Shown piece after piece: positions 49,594-60,561 of a DNA stretch of 64,000 nt. Origin of the DNA: an uncultured Puniceicoccaceae bacterium (GTDB taxonomy: Bacteria; Verrucomicrobiota; Verrucomicrobiia; Opitutales; Oceanipulchritudinaceae); the NCBI GenBank assembly GCA_963933835.1, contig CAWVVV010000002.1, positions 417,849 through 481,848 on the forward strand. Reading direction: 5' to 3'. The notes under the pieces are model-generated. The model was not told the origin of the DNA. It searched no databases and saw only the letters and a program-made list of their open reading frames with translations. The translations under genes were made by a program, and so were the position numbers. Numbering within the stretch: position 1 is the stretch's first letter; each line of letters starts with the position of its first letter.

Positions 49594-50940
49594 GTGGGTG
49601 GATTAAAGCAGCTGTTTGCGCCGGATTGGCCGTTTGCACCGAAGCGGTGTCCATTTTTCTATGGCTGGGTGATCGCGGTGTGTTCGACCCTCGGGATCAT
49701 TTTCAGTGTTCCGGGCCAGACAATGGTGATGAGTGTCTTCGCTGATCGCTTTATCGAAGCGGCAGACATTTCAAGGACACAACTTTCAGATGCCTATCTG
49801 ATTGGAACGTTGCTCAGTGGACTACTCGTGACGTTCGGCGGGGTGTGGTTTGACCGCCTGGGTGCGCGAATCTTTTACACCTTCTTTGTCATTCTTTTCG
49901 GGTTTGCGGTGGCTGGAATGAGCCAGATCGATCGCTTTGCACGTGTCTTGCAGGAATGGATCTCGCCAGCTGACTGGGTGAAAGTGGCTGCGTTTGTGAT
50001 CGGCTTCTTTCTTATTCGTTTTCTAGGGCAGGGGATGGTGACGATCGGTGCGCGCTCGATGCTCTCGAAGTGGTGGAATCGCAAGCGGGGTCTCGTCTCA
50101 GCAATTTCAGGGGTGGCGGTCGCTAGTTTCTTCTCCACTGCTCCGGTGCTTCTCGAAATGCAGGTCGAGGCCCTCGGCTGGCGAGGTGCATGGATTTTCA
50201 ACGGGATCGCACTCTCTACGATTGTTGCGTTCTGTGGTTGGCTCTTTTTTCGCGACAACCCTGAGGAATGCGGTCTTGAAATGGACGGCCCCTACGCTGG
50301 TGAAGAGCGTGTCGAGGCAAACTCCGATATGATCATCGTGCGCGACTTCACGCGGGCGGAGGCGATGCGGACCTATTCGTTTTGGGTATTTACACTCGGG
50401 ATCGCGGCGCAAGGCATGTTTGCGACGGCCTATACCTTTCATGTCGTTGATATTGGTCGGGCGAGTGGCATTGATAAGGAACGTATTCTAGGCTACTTTG
50501 CGTTTTCGTTGATTGCGACGATTCCGACGAACTTGATTTGTGGATACATCGCGGAGTTCATCCGCTTACGCTTCATTTTGGTGTTACTGGGAGCGAGTGG
50601 AGCGCTGATGGGCGTCGGGATGCTGTTGCTCCCAAATACATCGGGGGAGATTTTGCTCATTCTTGGTATGGGAACGTCATGGGGCACTTATCCGGTCCTG
50701 AGCAATGTGACCTTTGCGCGCTATTTTGGGCGCACTCATTTGGGCGCGATCAGCGGGCTCGGAATGTCGCTGACAGTGGCGGGCAGTGCGTTCGGTCCGG
50801 CTTTTTTTGCTCGCGGCTCGGCGTGGTTTAATGACTACACCGAGGTGACCTTTCTTATGATTGCGACCTATCTGGTCGTTTGTGTCGCAGCACTTTTTGC
50901 CTCGAACCCTCAGCGGGAATTGGCAGAAGCTGAATCCTGA
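49594..50940 (+). CDS. MFS transporter
   Basis: FFYGW N-terminus, motif A-like G.WFDRLGAR, about 12 TM segments, YFGR.HLGAI.G; start uncertain. Confidence 0.88.
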   Translation: MGGLKQLFAPDWPFAPKRCPFFYGWVIAVCSTLGIIFSVPGQTMVMSVFADRFIEAADISRTQLSDAYLIGTLLSGLLVTFGGVWFDRLGARIFYTFFVILFGFAVAGMSQIDRFARVLQEWISPADWVKVAAFVIGFFLIRFLGQGMVTIGARSMLSKWWNRKRGLVSAISGVAVASFFSTAPVLLEMQVEALGWRGAWIFNGIALSTIVAFCGWLFFRDNPEECGLEMDGPYAGEERVEANSDMIIVRDFTRAEAMRTYSFWVFTLGIAAQGMFATAYTFHVVDIGRASGIDKERILGYFAFSLIATIPTNLICGYIAEFIRLRFILVLLGASGALMGVGMLLLPNTSGEILLILGMGTSWGTYPVLSNVTFARYFGRTHLGAISGLGMSLTVAGSAFGPAFFARGSAWFNDYTEVTFLMIATYLVVCVAALFASNPQRELAEAES

Positions 50941-50956
50941 TATTGTGCCCACAACG

Positions 50957-51988
50957 ATGCGTTTGCCCTGGTTCCAGTCTGATTCCTTCCCACTCTATCT
51001 CGCTCCGATGGCGGGCTTCACCGATGTAATCTTTCGCGAGCGGTGTAAGCGGCAGGGCGCAGATGTGATGGTGACCGAGTTTGTTATGGCGAATAAGTTT
51101 CTCGATCCGCGCGGGGCGGAGCGTGCTTGGGAGACGGTTGATTTCTCGCCCGAACAGCGTCCGATGGGGGTGCAGATCTTTGGCTCGGAGTTGGACAAAA
51201 TGGCGGAGGCATCGCGGCGTATCGTCGATCGGCTACAGCCGGACTTTATTGATATCAACTATGGTTGCCCGGCGCCCAAGGTGGTCGATAACTGCGCGGG
51301 TTCTTCACTTCTACTCGACCTGCCGCGGCTGGGGGCGGTCGCCGAGTCCGTCGTAAAAGCGGTTGGCGAGCATACTCCCGTGACAGCGAAAATTCGCCTG
51401 GGATGGGACGACGAAAAGATCGTCGCGGTCGAAGCTTGTCGTCGGCTCGAAGACGTCGGCATTGAAGCGATCGCGATTCATGGGCGGACGAAGGTGCAGG
51501 GCTACCGGGGCGACGCTAACTGGGAGCGTATCGAGGAGGCGGCAGAAGCGGTGCGCGTGCCGGTGATTGGTAACGGCGCGGTCGAAGGTGTTGCACTCGG
51601 TGAGCATTTAAGCCGGGTCAAAACGGCTGGCAAGGTGAGGGGACTGATGATCGGTCGCGCTGCCCTTGGCTACCCTTGGGTCTTTCGTGAAATCAAAACG
51701 TATTTGGAAACTGGGACGCTTCCGCCTCCGCCGACGATGGATGAACGCTGGGAAGTGCTCCTCGAATACTGCCATGCCTTAATGTCGCGCCCAGCGCATG
51801 CAGATCGCTGGAACCGCCTCAACTGGATGCGTAGCCGGCTCAAGTCCTTTACCAAGTTCATGCCGGGAATGCGTCAACTGCGCGCCCAGTTTGATAAGCT
51901 CACGACCTACGAGGAACTCGAAGCGCTTTCGCATGAACACAAGAAGCTCTATGCGGACCTTACTGCTCTTAAACCGCCTAGCCTGTGA
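50957..51988 (+). CDS. dusB: tRNA-dihydrouridine synthase (DusB-like)
   Basis: LAPMAG, QIFGS, IDINYGCP, TAKIRLGWD, IHGRT, MIGRAA.G.PW. Confidence 0.88.
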   Translation: MRLPWFQSDSFPLYLAPMAGFTDVIFRERCKRQGADVMVTEFVMANKFLDPRGAERAWETVDFSPEQRPMGVQIFGSELDKMAEASRRIVDRLQPDFIDINYGCPAPKVVDNCAGSSLLLDLPRLGAVAESVVKAVGEHTPVTAKIRLGWDDEKIVAVEACRRLEDVGIEAIAIHGRTKVQGYRGDANWERIEEAAEAVRVPVIGNGAVEGVALGEHLSRVKTAGKVRGLMIGRAALGYPWVFREIKTYLETGTLPPPPTMDERWEVLLEYCHALMSRPAHADRWNRLNWMRSRLKSFTKFMPGMRQLRAQFDKLTTYEELEALSHEHKKLYADLTALKPPSL

Positions 51989-52361
51989 TCTCGGAATAGC
52001 CCGCAGCGTCGAGAAGCCCGCTCAATTCACTCTCATCGGACGGCTGGATTTTGATCATCCACGCTGCTTCGTAGGGAGAGCTGTTGACCAGCTCGGGCGC
52101 ACCCTCGAGATCCTCGTTGATTTCGAGAATCGTCCCGCTCAGGGGCATATAAAGATCGCTTGCTGCCTTTACTGATTCAACAACGCCAAAGGTCTCGCCG
52201 TGGGCAAACGTATCGTCGACGGCAGGAGCTTCTACAAATGTGACGTCACCTAGGCTTGATTGCGCATGGTCTGTGATACCGATGACCGCTGTGCCGTCTT
52301 CGAGGAGTTTAATCCACTCGTGATTTTTGGTATATTTGAGGTCTGCCGGGATGTCGCTCAT
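51978..52361 (-). CDS. gcvH: Glycine cleavage system H protein
   Basis: HEW, GITDHAQ..LGDV, VESVKAAS lipoyl-lysine, PELVN.SPY..W. Confidence 0.96.
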   Translation of the reverse strand: MSDIPADLKYTKNHEWIKLLEDGTAVIGITDHAQSSLGDVTFVEAPAVDDTFAHGETFGVVESVKAASDLYMPLSGTILEINEDLEGAPELVNSSPYEAAWMIKIQPSDESELSGLLDAAGYSEITG

Positions 52362-52426
52362 GGGAAATTTTCTGCAGTTGATTGTCGGGAAAGAAAAGCG
52401 GGAAAGTGAACTATAGGGAGATCGAG

Positions 52427-53227
52427 TTACCAACTCCCCAGATCGATCCAGTCGCCGCCTTCGCTCTCAGGGTCAAAGACGGTCGTGCGGTAAGGGCGCT
52501 GGCCGTGCCCGACAGTCTGAGCGACCCGTTCGAGGCAGTTACAGTCGCGGCTGATGTGGGCAAAAATGACCTCGCGCCAGCGCGGCGATTCTACGCTATC
52601 GAGGAATTGCGCAGCGGCTTGGTTTGAAAGGTGCCCATGGCGACCACGGATACGTTGCTTTACGGAAAACGGCCTGCGGGTGTCCTGTTCGAGGAGCTCG
52701 AGGTCGTGGTTGGCTTCAAGGACGAGGAGATCGGCTTGAGCAACGAGGGGAGCGATGTGGTCGGGCATGTAGCCAAGGTCGGTCAGCCAGACAATGGTTC
52801 GCTCGGGCTTGAAAGGATCGTTCCCTCCAGTGCGAAAAATAAAACCGACGGGGTCGTAGGCATCATGCGGAATTTTGAGCGTCGTCACCTCCAGATCGCG
52901 GTAGCGGAAGGTCGTATCAGGCTCGAAGAGCCGCCATTTGAGGTCACGCTTGAGCGGCTTTTGGGCGGCTTGTGCCGTGCCATGGGTAGCAAAATACTCG
53001 AGCTCGGTGTGCTTGCTCAGTCCGCGCAGCCCTGCGATGTGGTCGCTGTGTTCGTGAGTGAGGAAGACGGCCGAGACATCTTCGATGCATGTTCCACTGT
53101 CTCGCAACCGTTGCTCGATTTTCCGCCCACTGAAACCCGCATCGATCAGAATCCGCGTTTCATCGGTCTCCAGCAGGGCGCAATTTCCTGCGCTGCTGCT
53201 ACCGAGAAGACGAAACCGAAAAGACAT
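52427..53227 (-). CDS. MBL-fold metallo-hydrolase (YycJ/WalJ-like)
   Basis: GSSSAGN, THEHSDH, PHDA.DP, TDLG, EANHD, GHLSN, HIS. Confidence 0.9.
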   Translation of the reverse strand: MSFRFRLLGSSSAGNCALLETDETRILIDAGFSGRKIEQRLRDSGTCIEDVSAVFLTHEHSDHIAGLRGLSKHTELEYFATHGTAQAAQKPLKRDLKWRLFEPDTTFRYRDLEVTTLKIPHDAYDPVGFIFRTGGNDPFKPERTIVWLTDLGYMPDHIAPLVAQADLLVLEANHDLELLEQDTRRPFSVKQRIRGRHGHLSNQAAAQFLDSVESPRWREVIFAHISRDCNCLERVAQTVGHGQRPYRTTVFDPESEGGDWIDLGSW

Positions 53228-53351
53228 CCCACGAAAGAAGGATTTCGCCTCGCAAATGACAACGAAGGACTTCGATTTTTTCCTCTTTTCGAATCGCGCT
53301 TGCGGAAAAGCAACTGTGTGGCAGGCTAGCTCGTTTTTCTCAAAAGAGACG

Positions 53352-54254
53352 ATGAGTGACACGAATACAGATATTTCTCAGTCCCTGCCCGACATGCAGA
53401 ATCGCGGGGCGGCTGAGATCCTCGGTGCAAATGTGCCGATCCTTCAGGTAGGCATTTCAAACTTTCGGCTCCCGGTGCAAGTGCTGCGCGCCGAGGGTGA
53501 ACCGATGATGCTTGAGCTTTCGGTAACGGGAACGGTCTCGCTCAAGGCGGATTCGAAGGGGATCAACATGTCCCGCATCATGCGCGTCTTCTACGAGTTT
53601 AAGGACCGCGTCTTTTCGCCCGAGCTCGTCGAAGAGATCCTCATCGCTTATAAGGAACGCCTCGGCAGTGAGCGCGCCCGTCTGAAGTTTGAGTTTTCCT
53701 ACCCGCTGATCCTCAGCAGTCTGCGCAGCGGTCTCGAAGGCTGGCAGTACTATGAATGCGCCTACGAAGGCCTACTTGATGGAGTTGGGAAATTCGACAA
53801 GCGGATCTATTTCGATTTCGTCTACAGCAGTGCCTGCCCATGTTCGGATGAGCTCTCGGAGCATGCCCGCAAAACGCGTGGAGTGCACGCCGTGCCACAC
53901 AGCCAACGCAGTGTCGCCCGTGTCATTGCCAAGGTCGGAAACGACAAGGCGCTAACGATTGAAGACCTCCAGGCGCACTGTGCGAAAGCCCTCCAAACTG
54001 AAACGCAAGTGATGGTGAAGCGCAGCGATGAGCAAGCGTTCGCCGAACTCAATGGCGCCCAGACGAAGTTTGTCGAAGACGCCGCTCGCCTCGCCTTTGC
54101 TGAACTAGATGCAGATGAGCGCATTGAAGACTTTCAAGTCTCCTTCGCTCACTTAGAGTCACTTCACTCGCACGATGCCGTGGCTGTGATCAATAAAGGC
54201 ATTGAAGGCGGATTTAGCGCCCACATCGACGACTTCAAGGCGCTGATTCGCTAG
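53352..54254 (+). CDS. folE2: GTP cyclohydrolase IB
   Basis: [43 protein letters not shown]. Confidence 0.95.
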   Translation: MSDTNTDISQSLPDMQNRGAAEILGANVPILQVGISNFRLPVQVLRAEGEPMMLELSVTGTVSLKADSKGINMSRIMRVFYEFKDRVFSPELVEEILIAYKERLGSERARLKFEFSYPLILSSLRSGLEGWQYYECAYEGLLDGVGKFDKRIYFDFVYSSACPCSDELSEHARKTRGVHAVPHSQRSVARVIAKVGNDKALTIEDLQAHCAKALQTETQVMVKRSDEQAFAELNGAQTKFVEDAARLAFAELDADERIEDFQVSFAHLESLHSHDAVAVINKGIEGGFSAHIDDFKALIR

Positions 54255-54282
54255 CGCTATTAAAGTAATGGACTTTTAATTA

Positions 54283-54319
54283 CAAAAACGCCCCGGTCAT
54301 AAATGACCGGGGCGTTTTG
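54283..54319. terminator. Bidirectional terminator between convergent folE2 and tkt
   Basis: AAAA-CGCCCCGGTCAT-aa-ATGACCGGGGCG-TTTT. Confidence 0.88.
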
Positions 54320-54346
54320 ATGAAATAATTTGTAGTGAGCTAAGAA

Positions 54347-56332
54347 CTACAACGCTTTGTAAGCCGCAACGACGTCGCCGCCGGTCATGCCGAGCTCAGC
54401 CATAACGGTGTCGCCTGGAGCACTGATGCCAAAGCGATCGATGCCGAGGACAGTGCTGGCGTACTTATACCAGAGGCCTGTCGCTCCTGCTTCCATTGCG
54501 ATACGTTTGGTGCACGCGGCTGGAAGAACGCTTTCTTTGTAAGCTGCCTCTTGGGCTTCGAAGAGTTCCATCGAAGGCATCGAAACAACACGGATGCCTC
54601 CGCCGAGTTCGCCGGCAGCTTCGATGAGGTGCTGCACTTCAGAGCCGGAGCCGATGAGGATGCCGTCGAGTTTGCCGTCTTCAGCCTTCGCAACGTAAGC
54701 ACCTTTCAGTGTGCCAGCGCGCTTCGCTTCGATCGAAGCACTCGGGATGGCTGGGAGGCCTTGGCGCGAAAGGATGAGAGCGGTTGGGCCGTTCGTGCGG
54801 GAGATCGCGCTTGCGAAGGCGGCTGCTGTCTCTTCGGCGTCCGCTGGGCGAATGACGTCGAGATTTGGAATCAAACGAAGGGCGCTCGTGAGCTCAACCG
54901 GTTGGTGGGTCGGGCCATCTTCACCAACACCGACAGAGTCGTGAGTGAGGACGTGGAAGAGCGGAAGGTTTGCCAGCGCCGCCAAGCGAATGCTCGGGCG
55001 GAAATAGTCAGCAAAGGTGAGGAAGGTCGCACCCGATGGAATGAAGAGACCGTCGTAAGCGATACCGTTACAGATCGCTCCCATGCCATGCTCGCGGATG
55101 CCGAAACGGAAGTTGCGGCCATCGCGTGAGGCAGGGAAGAAGTCGCCGACGCCGTCCATGTAGTTCTTCGTCGAGCCGTAGAGATCAGCACTTCCAGAAA
55201 GGAGGTTTGGCACCTTCGCCGCGAGGGGCTGGAGGACTTTACCACCGGCTGCGCGGGTGGCGATTTTAGCGTCTTCAGCAAAGGCCGGGATCGCGTCGAG
55301 GAGCTCTTGGGCAGTCGGGCGTTTGCCTGCGGCTGCGGCTTCGAGTTCGGCTGCAAGGTCTGCGTTGGCCGCTTTCCAAGCGCTGTAAACACTTCCCCAT
55401 TCGCCGTAAGCAGCTTTGAGTTCGTCGGTGCGCTTCGCGAAGAAGGCGTAAACCTCGTTGCTGACGTAGAAATGCTTATCGGCGGGCAGCCCGAGCTTGG
55501 CGCGAGCGCCTTCGGAGAACTTAGCGCCGCCTTCACCGTGAGCGCCGGCGGTGCCAGCAACTTCTTCGATGCCTTTACCGATGAGCGTCTTGAGGATGAT
55601 GATCTTAGGCTGGCCGTTGTCGGAAGTTTTAGCCTTGTCGACTGCTTCTGCGACGGCAGCGAGATTGTGTCCGTCGATTTCGAACACTTCCCATCCGAGA
55701 GCTGCGTAGATGGCACCCGTGTCTTCACTCTGGGTATTGTCAGCCATCGCATCGAGGGTGACCTCGTTGCTATCATACATCAAAATGAGGTTATCGAGTT
55801 TCTGGTGACCAGCGAAGGCAACAGATTCGCGGGCAACGCCTTCTTGTAGGCAACCATCGCCAGCGAGGGCGAAGGTCTTGGCGTCGAAAATAGTGTGGTC
55901 GGCGGTGTTGTATTTCGCCTCAGCCATCTTTTGAGAAACCGCAATACCGACAGCATTGCCAATCCCTTGACCCAGTGGGCCAGTCGTCGCTTCGACGCCG
56001 TCGGTCTCACCAAACTCGGGGTGCCCAGGAGTCTTGCTGTGGAGCTGGCGGAAGCTCTCGAGCTCGGACATCGGCAAATCGTATCCAGCGAGGTGGAGCC
56101 ACGTGTAGATGAACATACTTCCGTGACCAGCCGAGAGGATGAAGCGGTCGCGGTTGAGCCAGCGTGATTCGGCTGGATTGTAAGAGAGGGCGCTACCCCA
56201 GAGGACGGCACCAACTTCAGCGCAACCGAGTGGGAGACCGAGGTGACCGCTGTTGCACTTATGAACTGCGTCGATCGCGATGCCGCGCGCTTGTGTCGCA
56301 GCTTGTCCAAGGATTTCGAGTGGGAGAGTCAT
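54347..56332 (-). CDS. tkt: Transketolase
   Basis: [51 protein letters not shown]. Confidence 0.98.
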   Translation of the reverse strand: MTLPLEILGQAATQARGIAIDAVHKCNSGHLGLPLGCAEVGAVLWGSALSYNPAESRWLNRDRFILSAGHGSMFIYTWLHLAGYDLPMSELESFRQLHSKTPGHPEFGETDGVEATTGPLGQGIGNAVGIAVSQKMAEAKYNTADHTIFDAKTFALAGDGCLQEGVARESVAFAGHQKLDNLILMYDSNEVTLDAMADNTQSEDTGAIYAALGWEVFEIDGHNLAAVAEAVDKAKTSDNGQPKIIILKTLIGKGIEEVAGTAGAHGEGGAKFSEGARAKLGLPADKHFYVSNEVYAFFAKRTDELKAAYGEWGSVYSAWKAANADLAAELEAAAAGKRPTAQELLDAIPAFAEDAKIATRAAGGKVLQPLAAKVPNLLSGSADLYGSTKNYMDGVGDFFPASRDGRNFRFGIREHGMGAICNGIAYDGLFIPSGATFLTFADYFRPSIRLAALANLPLFHVLTHDSVGVGEDGPTHQPVELTSALRLIPNLDVIRPADAEETAAAFASAISRTNGPTALILSRQGLPAIPSASIEAKRAGTLKGAYVAKAEDGKLDGILIGSGSEVQHLIEAAGELGGGIRVVSMPSMELFEAQEAAYKESVLPAACTKRIAMEAGATGLWYKYASTVLGIDRFGISAPGDTVMAELGMTGGDVVAAYKAL

Positions 56333-56499
56333 GTTTCTAGAGCTGATTTATAAATATTAAGTCGCTGAGAGTGAGAACGTCTAGGCATGAGGCAAGGGAG
56401 AAACCGGCTACTGAGCCAGTTAGAATATGAATCTTGTTCATGAAAGGTTTCAGCAGCAGAGCGTTGCCACCGAGCGCGTTACGGCCACGCTCTACCATT

Positions 56500-56943
56500 A
56501 TGTCCGACAAAGGCCTCGAAGAAGGAGCAATAGAACGCCTCGATTGGGAAAAACTGCAGACCGTCGCAGCGACCGATGCGCATGTTCTCCCAGTGGTGGT
56601 TCAAGACGCGCAGAATGGCGCTGTTTTGATCGTCGCATACGCAAACAAAGAGGCACTGAGAGAATCGTTTCGCAGGGGTGTTGCTGTCCTCTGGAGTACG
56701 AGTCGGAATGAACTTTGGGTCAAAGGAGCGACGAGTGGGAACACTCTTGAGCTCGTTGAAGTCCGGGTGAACTGCGAACAGAATTCGCTGCTCTACCGAG
56801 TGCGGGTCAAAGAAGGTAAGGGCGCCTGTCACACCACGACCGCAGAAGGAAAAGCGCGCTTCGGCTGTTATTACCGGAAGCTGTCGGCGGACGGGACGCT
56901 TCAGATTGAAGGCGACGCCGGGCGATTCACCGCGGTAAAGTGA
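56500..56943 (+). CDS. hisI: Phosphoribosyl-AMP cyclohydrolase
   Basis: PVVVQD, WSTSRNELWVKGATSGN, NCEQNSL, ACHT, C.Y. Confidence 0.92.
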   Translation: MSDKGLEEGAIERLDWEKLQTVAATDAHVLPVVVQDAQNGAVLIVAYANKEALRESFRRGVAVLWSTSRNELWVKGATSGNTLELVEVRVNCEQNSLLYRVRVKEGKGACHTTTAEGKARFGCYYRKLSADGTLQIEGDAGRFTAVK

Positions 56944-56996
56944 TGAAATACTGCCCTTGGCTTGCGCCGATCGTTTAGCGCTGGATGCTTCGGAGA

Positions 56997-57800
56997 ATGT
57001 GGATCGACTCACACTGCCATTTGGCGAAGTTCGCTCGTGCGGGAACGCTGGACGAGACGCTCGCTCGAGCGGAGACGGCTGGTGTAGGCCAGTTCATTAC
57101 GATCGGGACGAGTCTCACGGATTGGGAGCTCTACCGTAGTCTGGCTGAGCAATACCCAGGCAAGATCTACTGGGCGGTGGGCCTGCACCCGACTTCGGTT
57201 GATGAGGATTGGTCGGATCAGGTGAAGGCGGTATCGACGTTTTTTGGAACCGATCCAGTGCCCGTCGCGATCGGTGAGATCGGGCTCGATCATTTCCATC
57301 TGCCAAAATTCCCCGACGAGGCGGCGGAGGTGAAGAAGCGTCAGGTCGATGCCTTTCGTGCTCAGCTGGGCCTCGCCTACCAGTTTGACTGCCCAGTCGT
57401 GATTCATTCGCGCAACGCCTTCAGCGACACCGTCGCGCTGATCGACGAGAGCGGGGTGGATTGGAAGAAGGTTGTGTTTCACTGCTTCTCGGAGGGAGCG
57501 GATGAGATGCGAGTTTTGAACGAAAAGGGGGCCCGAGGCTCTTTTACCGGTATCGTCACTTACAAAAACAAATCCGCCAACGGCCTCCGTGAGGCACTCG
57601 TGCTGCAGGGGCCAGATCGCCTGATGGTCGAAACGGATTGTCCATATCTGACACCCGAGCCTCACCGAGGGGAGCCGAACGAGCCTGCCTTTGTCGTTCA
57701 CACCGGCGAGGCTGCGGCGGAACTCCTCTCCATATCGCCAGAAGGCCTCGCCGCACAGTCGACGGCGAACGCACGCGCTTTTTACAGACTCGATGCCTGA
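56997..57800 (+). CDS. tatD: TatD family hydrolase
   Basis: DSHCH, GLHP, AIGEIGLD, IHSR, HCFS, ETDCPYL.P. Confidence 0.93.
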   Translation: MWIDSHCHLAKFARAGTLDETLARAETAGVGQFITIGTSLTDWELYRSLAEQYPGKIYWAVGLHPTSVDEDWSDQVKAVSTFFGTDPVPVAIGEIGLDHFHLPKFPDEAAEVKKRQVDAFRAQLGLAYQFDCPVVIHSRNAFSDTVALIDESGVDWKKVVFHCFSEGADEMRVLNEKGARGSFTGIVTYKNKSANGLREALVLQGPDRLMVETDCPYLTPEPHRGEPNEPAFVVHTGEAAAELLSISPEGLAAQSTANARAFYRLDA

Positions 57801-58800
57801 GGAAATGAAAGCCCGCTTTTTTCTGCCGCTGTGGTGGAGCTGGGTAGTCGCTTGGGGCATCGCGGTCGCAGGGGTGACTTTGCTCAGCGCCTATAACTCA
57901 GTCGGATGGACTCAAGATACAGTGACCTTGGCTTTGCTCGGAAGCAGCGGGTTTCTTGGGGCTTACATTTTAACGAATCTGCTTTGGTTCTTTTCCGACC
58001 GAAATCGCTCTTTGTTCCAGCTTGTCTTTCTGGCGTTCTGGAGCTCGGCGGTCTTAGCGGCATTTCTGGTCGTGAGGCGAGAAGACTACGGACACTCACT
58101 TGCGATGGTCGAGCGGATCGAAGAAGGGCGTATAGCGCTTCGGCAACAGGCGGTTGAGCGTGCAAAACGCACGCAGGAAGAAATGGCGGCAGAGCGCGAA
58201 CGGGTGCGGAAAGACCCGTTTCTCCAGTATCGAGCGCAAGTGAGCGAAGATCAGCTCAGTGCGATGCGCGTTTTGCAGGACTCCGTGCTTGCGGAGCTAA
58301 CGACAGCGCGGGAGGACTACGAGACTGCCTTGATCGAGAATGATGTCGAAGGCCCGGAGGCGTGGCTGCGGGCAAAGACGCTCGACGAACTGGAGCTTCG
58401 CCGAGCGCGGCATGAGGCCATTTATGCTGCGGCCCGCCAATATAATGACTTTCTTGGGCGCTTTCGCGAGCTCTACGAGGAACGCTTGGAGAAGGCCGAT
58501 TTCCCCGCCCCGGCGGATCGTTTTTCAGCAGCGGAAATGGAGCGTGTCTTGCAGTTCATTGAATACAGCGGCGCGGAGGAAATTCGCCGGCTCGATGCGG
58601 AGATTACGACATTGGCTCTACGTGCGGTGGATCTTCTTCTAAACAGTTGGGGCGAGTGGAGCTTTGAGCGGCGTTCGTCGCGGGTTGTTTTTCAAAGTCC
58701 CAGCATCGAGTTGCAGTTTGGCCAGCTGCTGTCGCAAGCACAGATGCTCTCGCAAGCGCAGCGCAAAGCGGAGCGGCGGATGAAAGAGTTTACCCAATAG
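57793..58800 (+). CDS. Hypothetical membrane protein (3 N-terminal TM helices plus long helical region)
   Basis: Hydrophobic N-terminus, E/R/A-rich helical remainder; start overlaps the tatD stop. Confidence 0.7.
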   Translation: MPEEMKARFFLPLWWSWVVAWGIAVAGVTLLSAYNSVGWTQDTVTLALLGSSGFLGAYILTNLLWFFSDRNRSLFQLVFLAFWSSAVLAAFLVVRREDYGHSLAMVERIEEGRIALRQQAVERAKRTQEEMAAERERVRKDPFLQYRAQVSEDQLSAMRVLQDSVLAELTTAREDYETALIENDVEGPEAWLRAKTLDELELRRARHEAIYAAARQYNDFLGRFRELYEERLEKADFPAPADRFSAAEMERVLQFIEYSGAEEIRRLDAEITTLALRAVDLLLNSWGEWSFERRSSRVVFQSPSIELQFGQLLSQAQMLSQAQRKAERRMKEFTQ

Positions 58801-58851
58801 CGGGCTTTCTTTCCTCGTCTTGTAGTTGCGAGGACATTTTCCTCTGTGGCT

Positions 58852-59385
58852 ATGACGCTCGAAGAACGCTTTGAAACTTTCCTTGATCAAAAACCGTCGA
58901 TCGATGATTCCGCCTTCGTGCACCCCTCGGCGGTTATCATGGGTGCTGTGACCCTCGGGCCTCTGTCCTCGGTTTGGCCGACGTGCGTTTTGCGCGGGGA
59001 TATCAATACAATCGAAGTGGGTGAAGGTAGTAATGTTCAGGACGGCACGATCGTTCACCTTGCAGATGATTATGGCGTTAAAATCGGGCGTTACGTCACG
59101 ATCGGCCACAAAGCGATGATCCATGCCTGCACGATTGAGGATGAATGCCTCATTGGGATGAGTGCGACGGTTCTGGACGGAGCGGTGATCGGTGCACGCT
59201 CGATTATCGGTGCGGGAGCCGTTGTGACGAAGGGGATGGTGGTGCCTCCGGGATCGATGGTCCTGGGAATGCCGGGGAAAATTGTTAAAACGCTTACGGA
59301 AGAGGCTCAAGCTGAGCTCCGAACATGGGCTGAGAAGTATGTGCAGGTGAGTCGCGCTTTTCTTGCCCGAGGATATGGGCAGTAG
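58852..59385 (+). CDS. Gamma carbonic anhydrase-like hexapeptide-repeat protein
   Basis: LRGD, SNVQDGTIVH, VTIGH.A.IH.C, IGM.A.VLDGA. Confidence 0.92.
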   Translation: MTLEERFETFLDQKPSIDDSAFVHPSAVIMGAVTLGPLSSVWPTCVLRGDINTIEVGEGSNVQDGTIVHLADDYGVKIGRYVTIGHKAMIHACTIEDECLIGMSATVLDGAVIGARSIIGAGAVVTKGMVVPPGSMVLGMPGKIVKTLTEEAQAELRTWAEKYVQVSRAFLARGYGQ

Positions 59386-59432
59386 AGGATTGAAACACTA
59401 GTGAGGTTGAAGATGCTCGGCGGCTCTATTCG

Positions 59433-60440
59433 ATGTCTAAAAAAATTTCTATATATCTCTTCGGCGTCTTACTCGGGATTTTGATCCTAAAGTTGATCCC
59501 GCGAAAAGAACCGCGCGAACCGCACCCATGGCACAATCAAACTGCACCAGAAAGTAGCTATCCCCGCGCGGTCGAAGACGATCTCGGGCGGACAGTCACA
59601 CTGGAGGTGCAGCCGCGCTGGGTTGTGAGCTTGGCTCCTAGCATCACGGAAACACTTTTTGCGATGGAGATGGGGGACCACTTAAGCGGTGTGACACGCT
59701 GGGATGTTTATCCAGAGAAGGCGTTGCTACTTCGTGATGCTGGCTTTTCGGTCGGTGATATGGATGCGCCCGATATCGAGCGCATTCACACCCTCCCGCT
59801 CGACCTCGTTCTTGGCTCAAAGCTCACGCCTCAACACATTTACGAGAAGATCTCGGGTGTTCGCGGAGTCCCGGCGCTGGCAATCGATGCATCCTCCCTC
59901 GATGATTATCTCGATGAGGATTTGCCGCTTCTCGGAGCGGTGCTCGGTGTTCCTAGTAAGGTTTTGACGTTCAAGACCTCCTTAGTGAATCGACGGGCGG
60001 CTGTAGCAGAGATGGTCGAGCGCCATCTTGACTCGTCACCCAAACGGGTGGCCTTGCTCCTGAGTTTGGAAGAAACGTTCCAGCCGGGTTGGTCTCCAGG
60101 CAGTGCGACATGGTTGGGGGCGTTGATCGATGAAGCCCACGGTGAGAATGTCGCCGCTGAGCTAGGAAAGCAGTGGGGCGTTTTCCCGCTCGAAAGCCTT
60201 CTTGAGGCTGATCCTGAGGTGTTTTTGATTAAGGACGGGGAATCGGAGGAACACTCTGAGGCCCTACGCGAGCGCATCGCTTCGCTTAAAACGCATCCCG
60301 TCTGGCAGCACATGAGCGCGGTAAAAAATGACCGTATTGTTCTACTCGAGCCCGGGCCGCTATCGATCCCTGGTCCAAGAATGGTTGATGCGCTCGAAGC
60401 GATTGCCGGCGCACTTTGGCTCGAAACACCGTCAGAGTAG
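59433..60440 (+). CDS. Helical-backbone ABC substrate-binding protein (BtuF / Fe-siderophore type)
   Basis: DDLGRTV....P..VVSLAPSITE.LFA, AVKNDRI, PGPR. Confidence 0.85.
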   Translation: MSKKISIYLFGVLLGILILKLIPRKEPREPHPWHNQTAPESSYPRAVEDDLGRTVTLEVQPRWVVSLAPSITETLFAMEMGDHLSGVTRWDVYPEKALLLRDAGFSVGDMDAPDIERIHTLPLDLVLGSKLTPQHIYEKISGVRGVPALAIDASSLDDYLDEDLPLLGAVLGVPSKVLTFKTSLVNRRAAVAEMVERHLDSSPKRVALLLSLEETFQPGWSPGSATWLGALIDEAHGENVAAELGKQWGVFPLESLLEADPEVFLIKDGESEEHSEALRERIASLKTHPVWQHMSAVKNDRIVLLEPGPLSIPGPRMVDALEAIAGALWLETPSE

Positions 60441-60561
60441 CTCGTTCTCAGGAGGATTGAAGGACAATTACGCCCATCGCGAGAAGCAGGCCTACACTGA
60501 TCAGGGCGTTGAATATGCGAGCTCCGTCCGCGAGCGCATCCGGTTCAACTGACCAAATTAG

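Noticed and set aside
54871..56310. Long alternative-frame ORFs within tkt (similar ones in metY, tatD and ilvB)
   Set aside because: By-products of codon bias in genuine genes; no independent motifs
59386..59432. Cobalamin riboswitch upstream of the BtuF-like gene
   Set aside because: Gap under 50 nt; no B12 box
60441..60552. Coding-looking tail GGLKDNYAHREKQAYTDQGVEYASSVRERIRFN* after the BtuF-like gene
   Set aside because: May be another gene remnant, but too short and unrecognisable to support without a search
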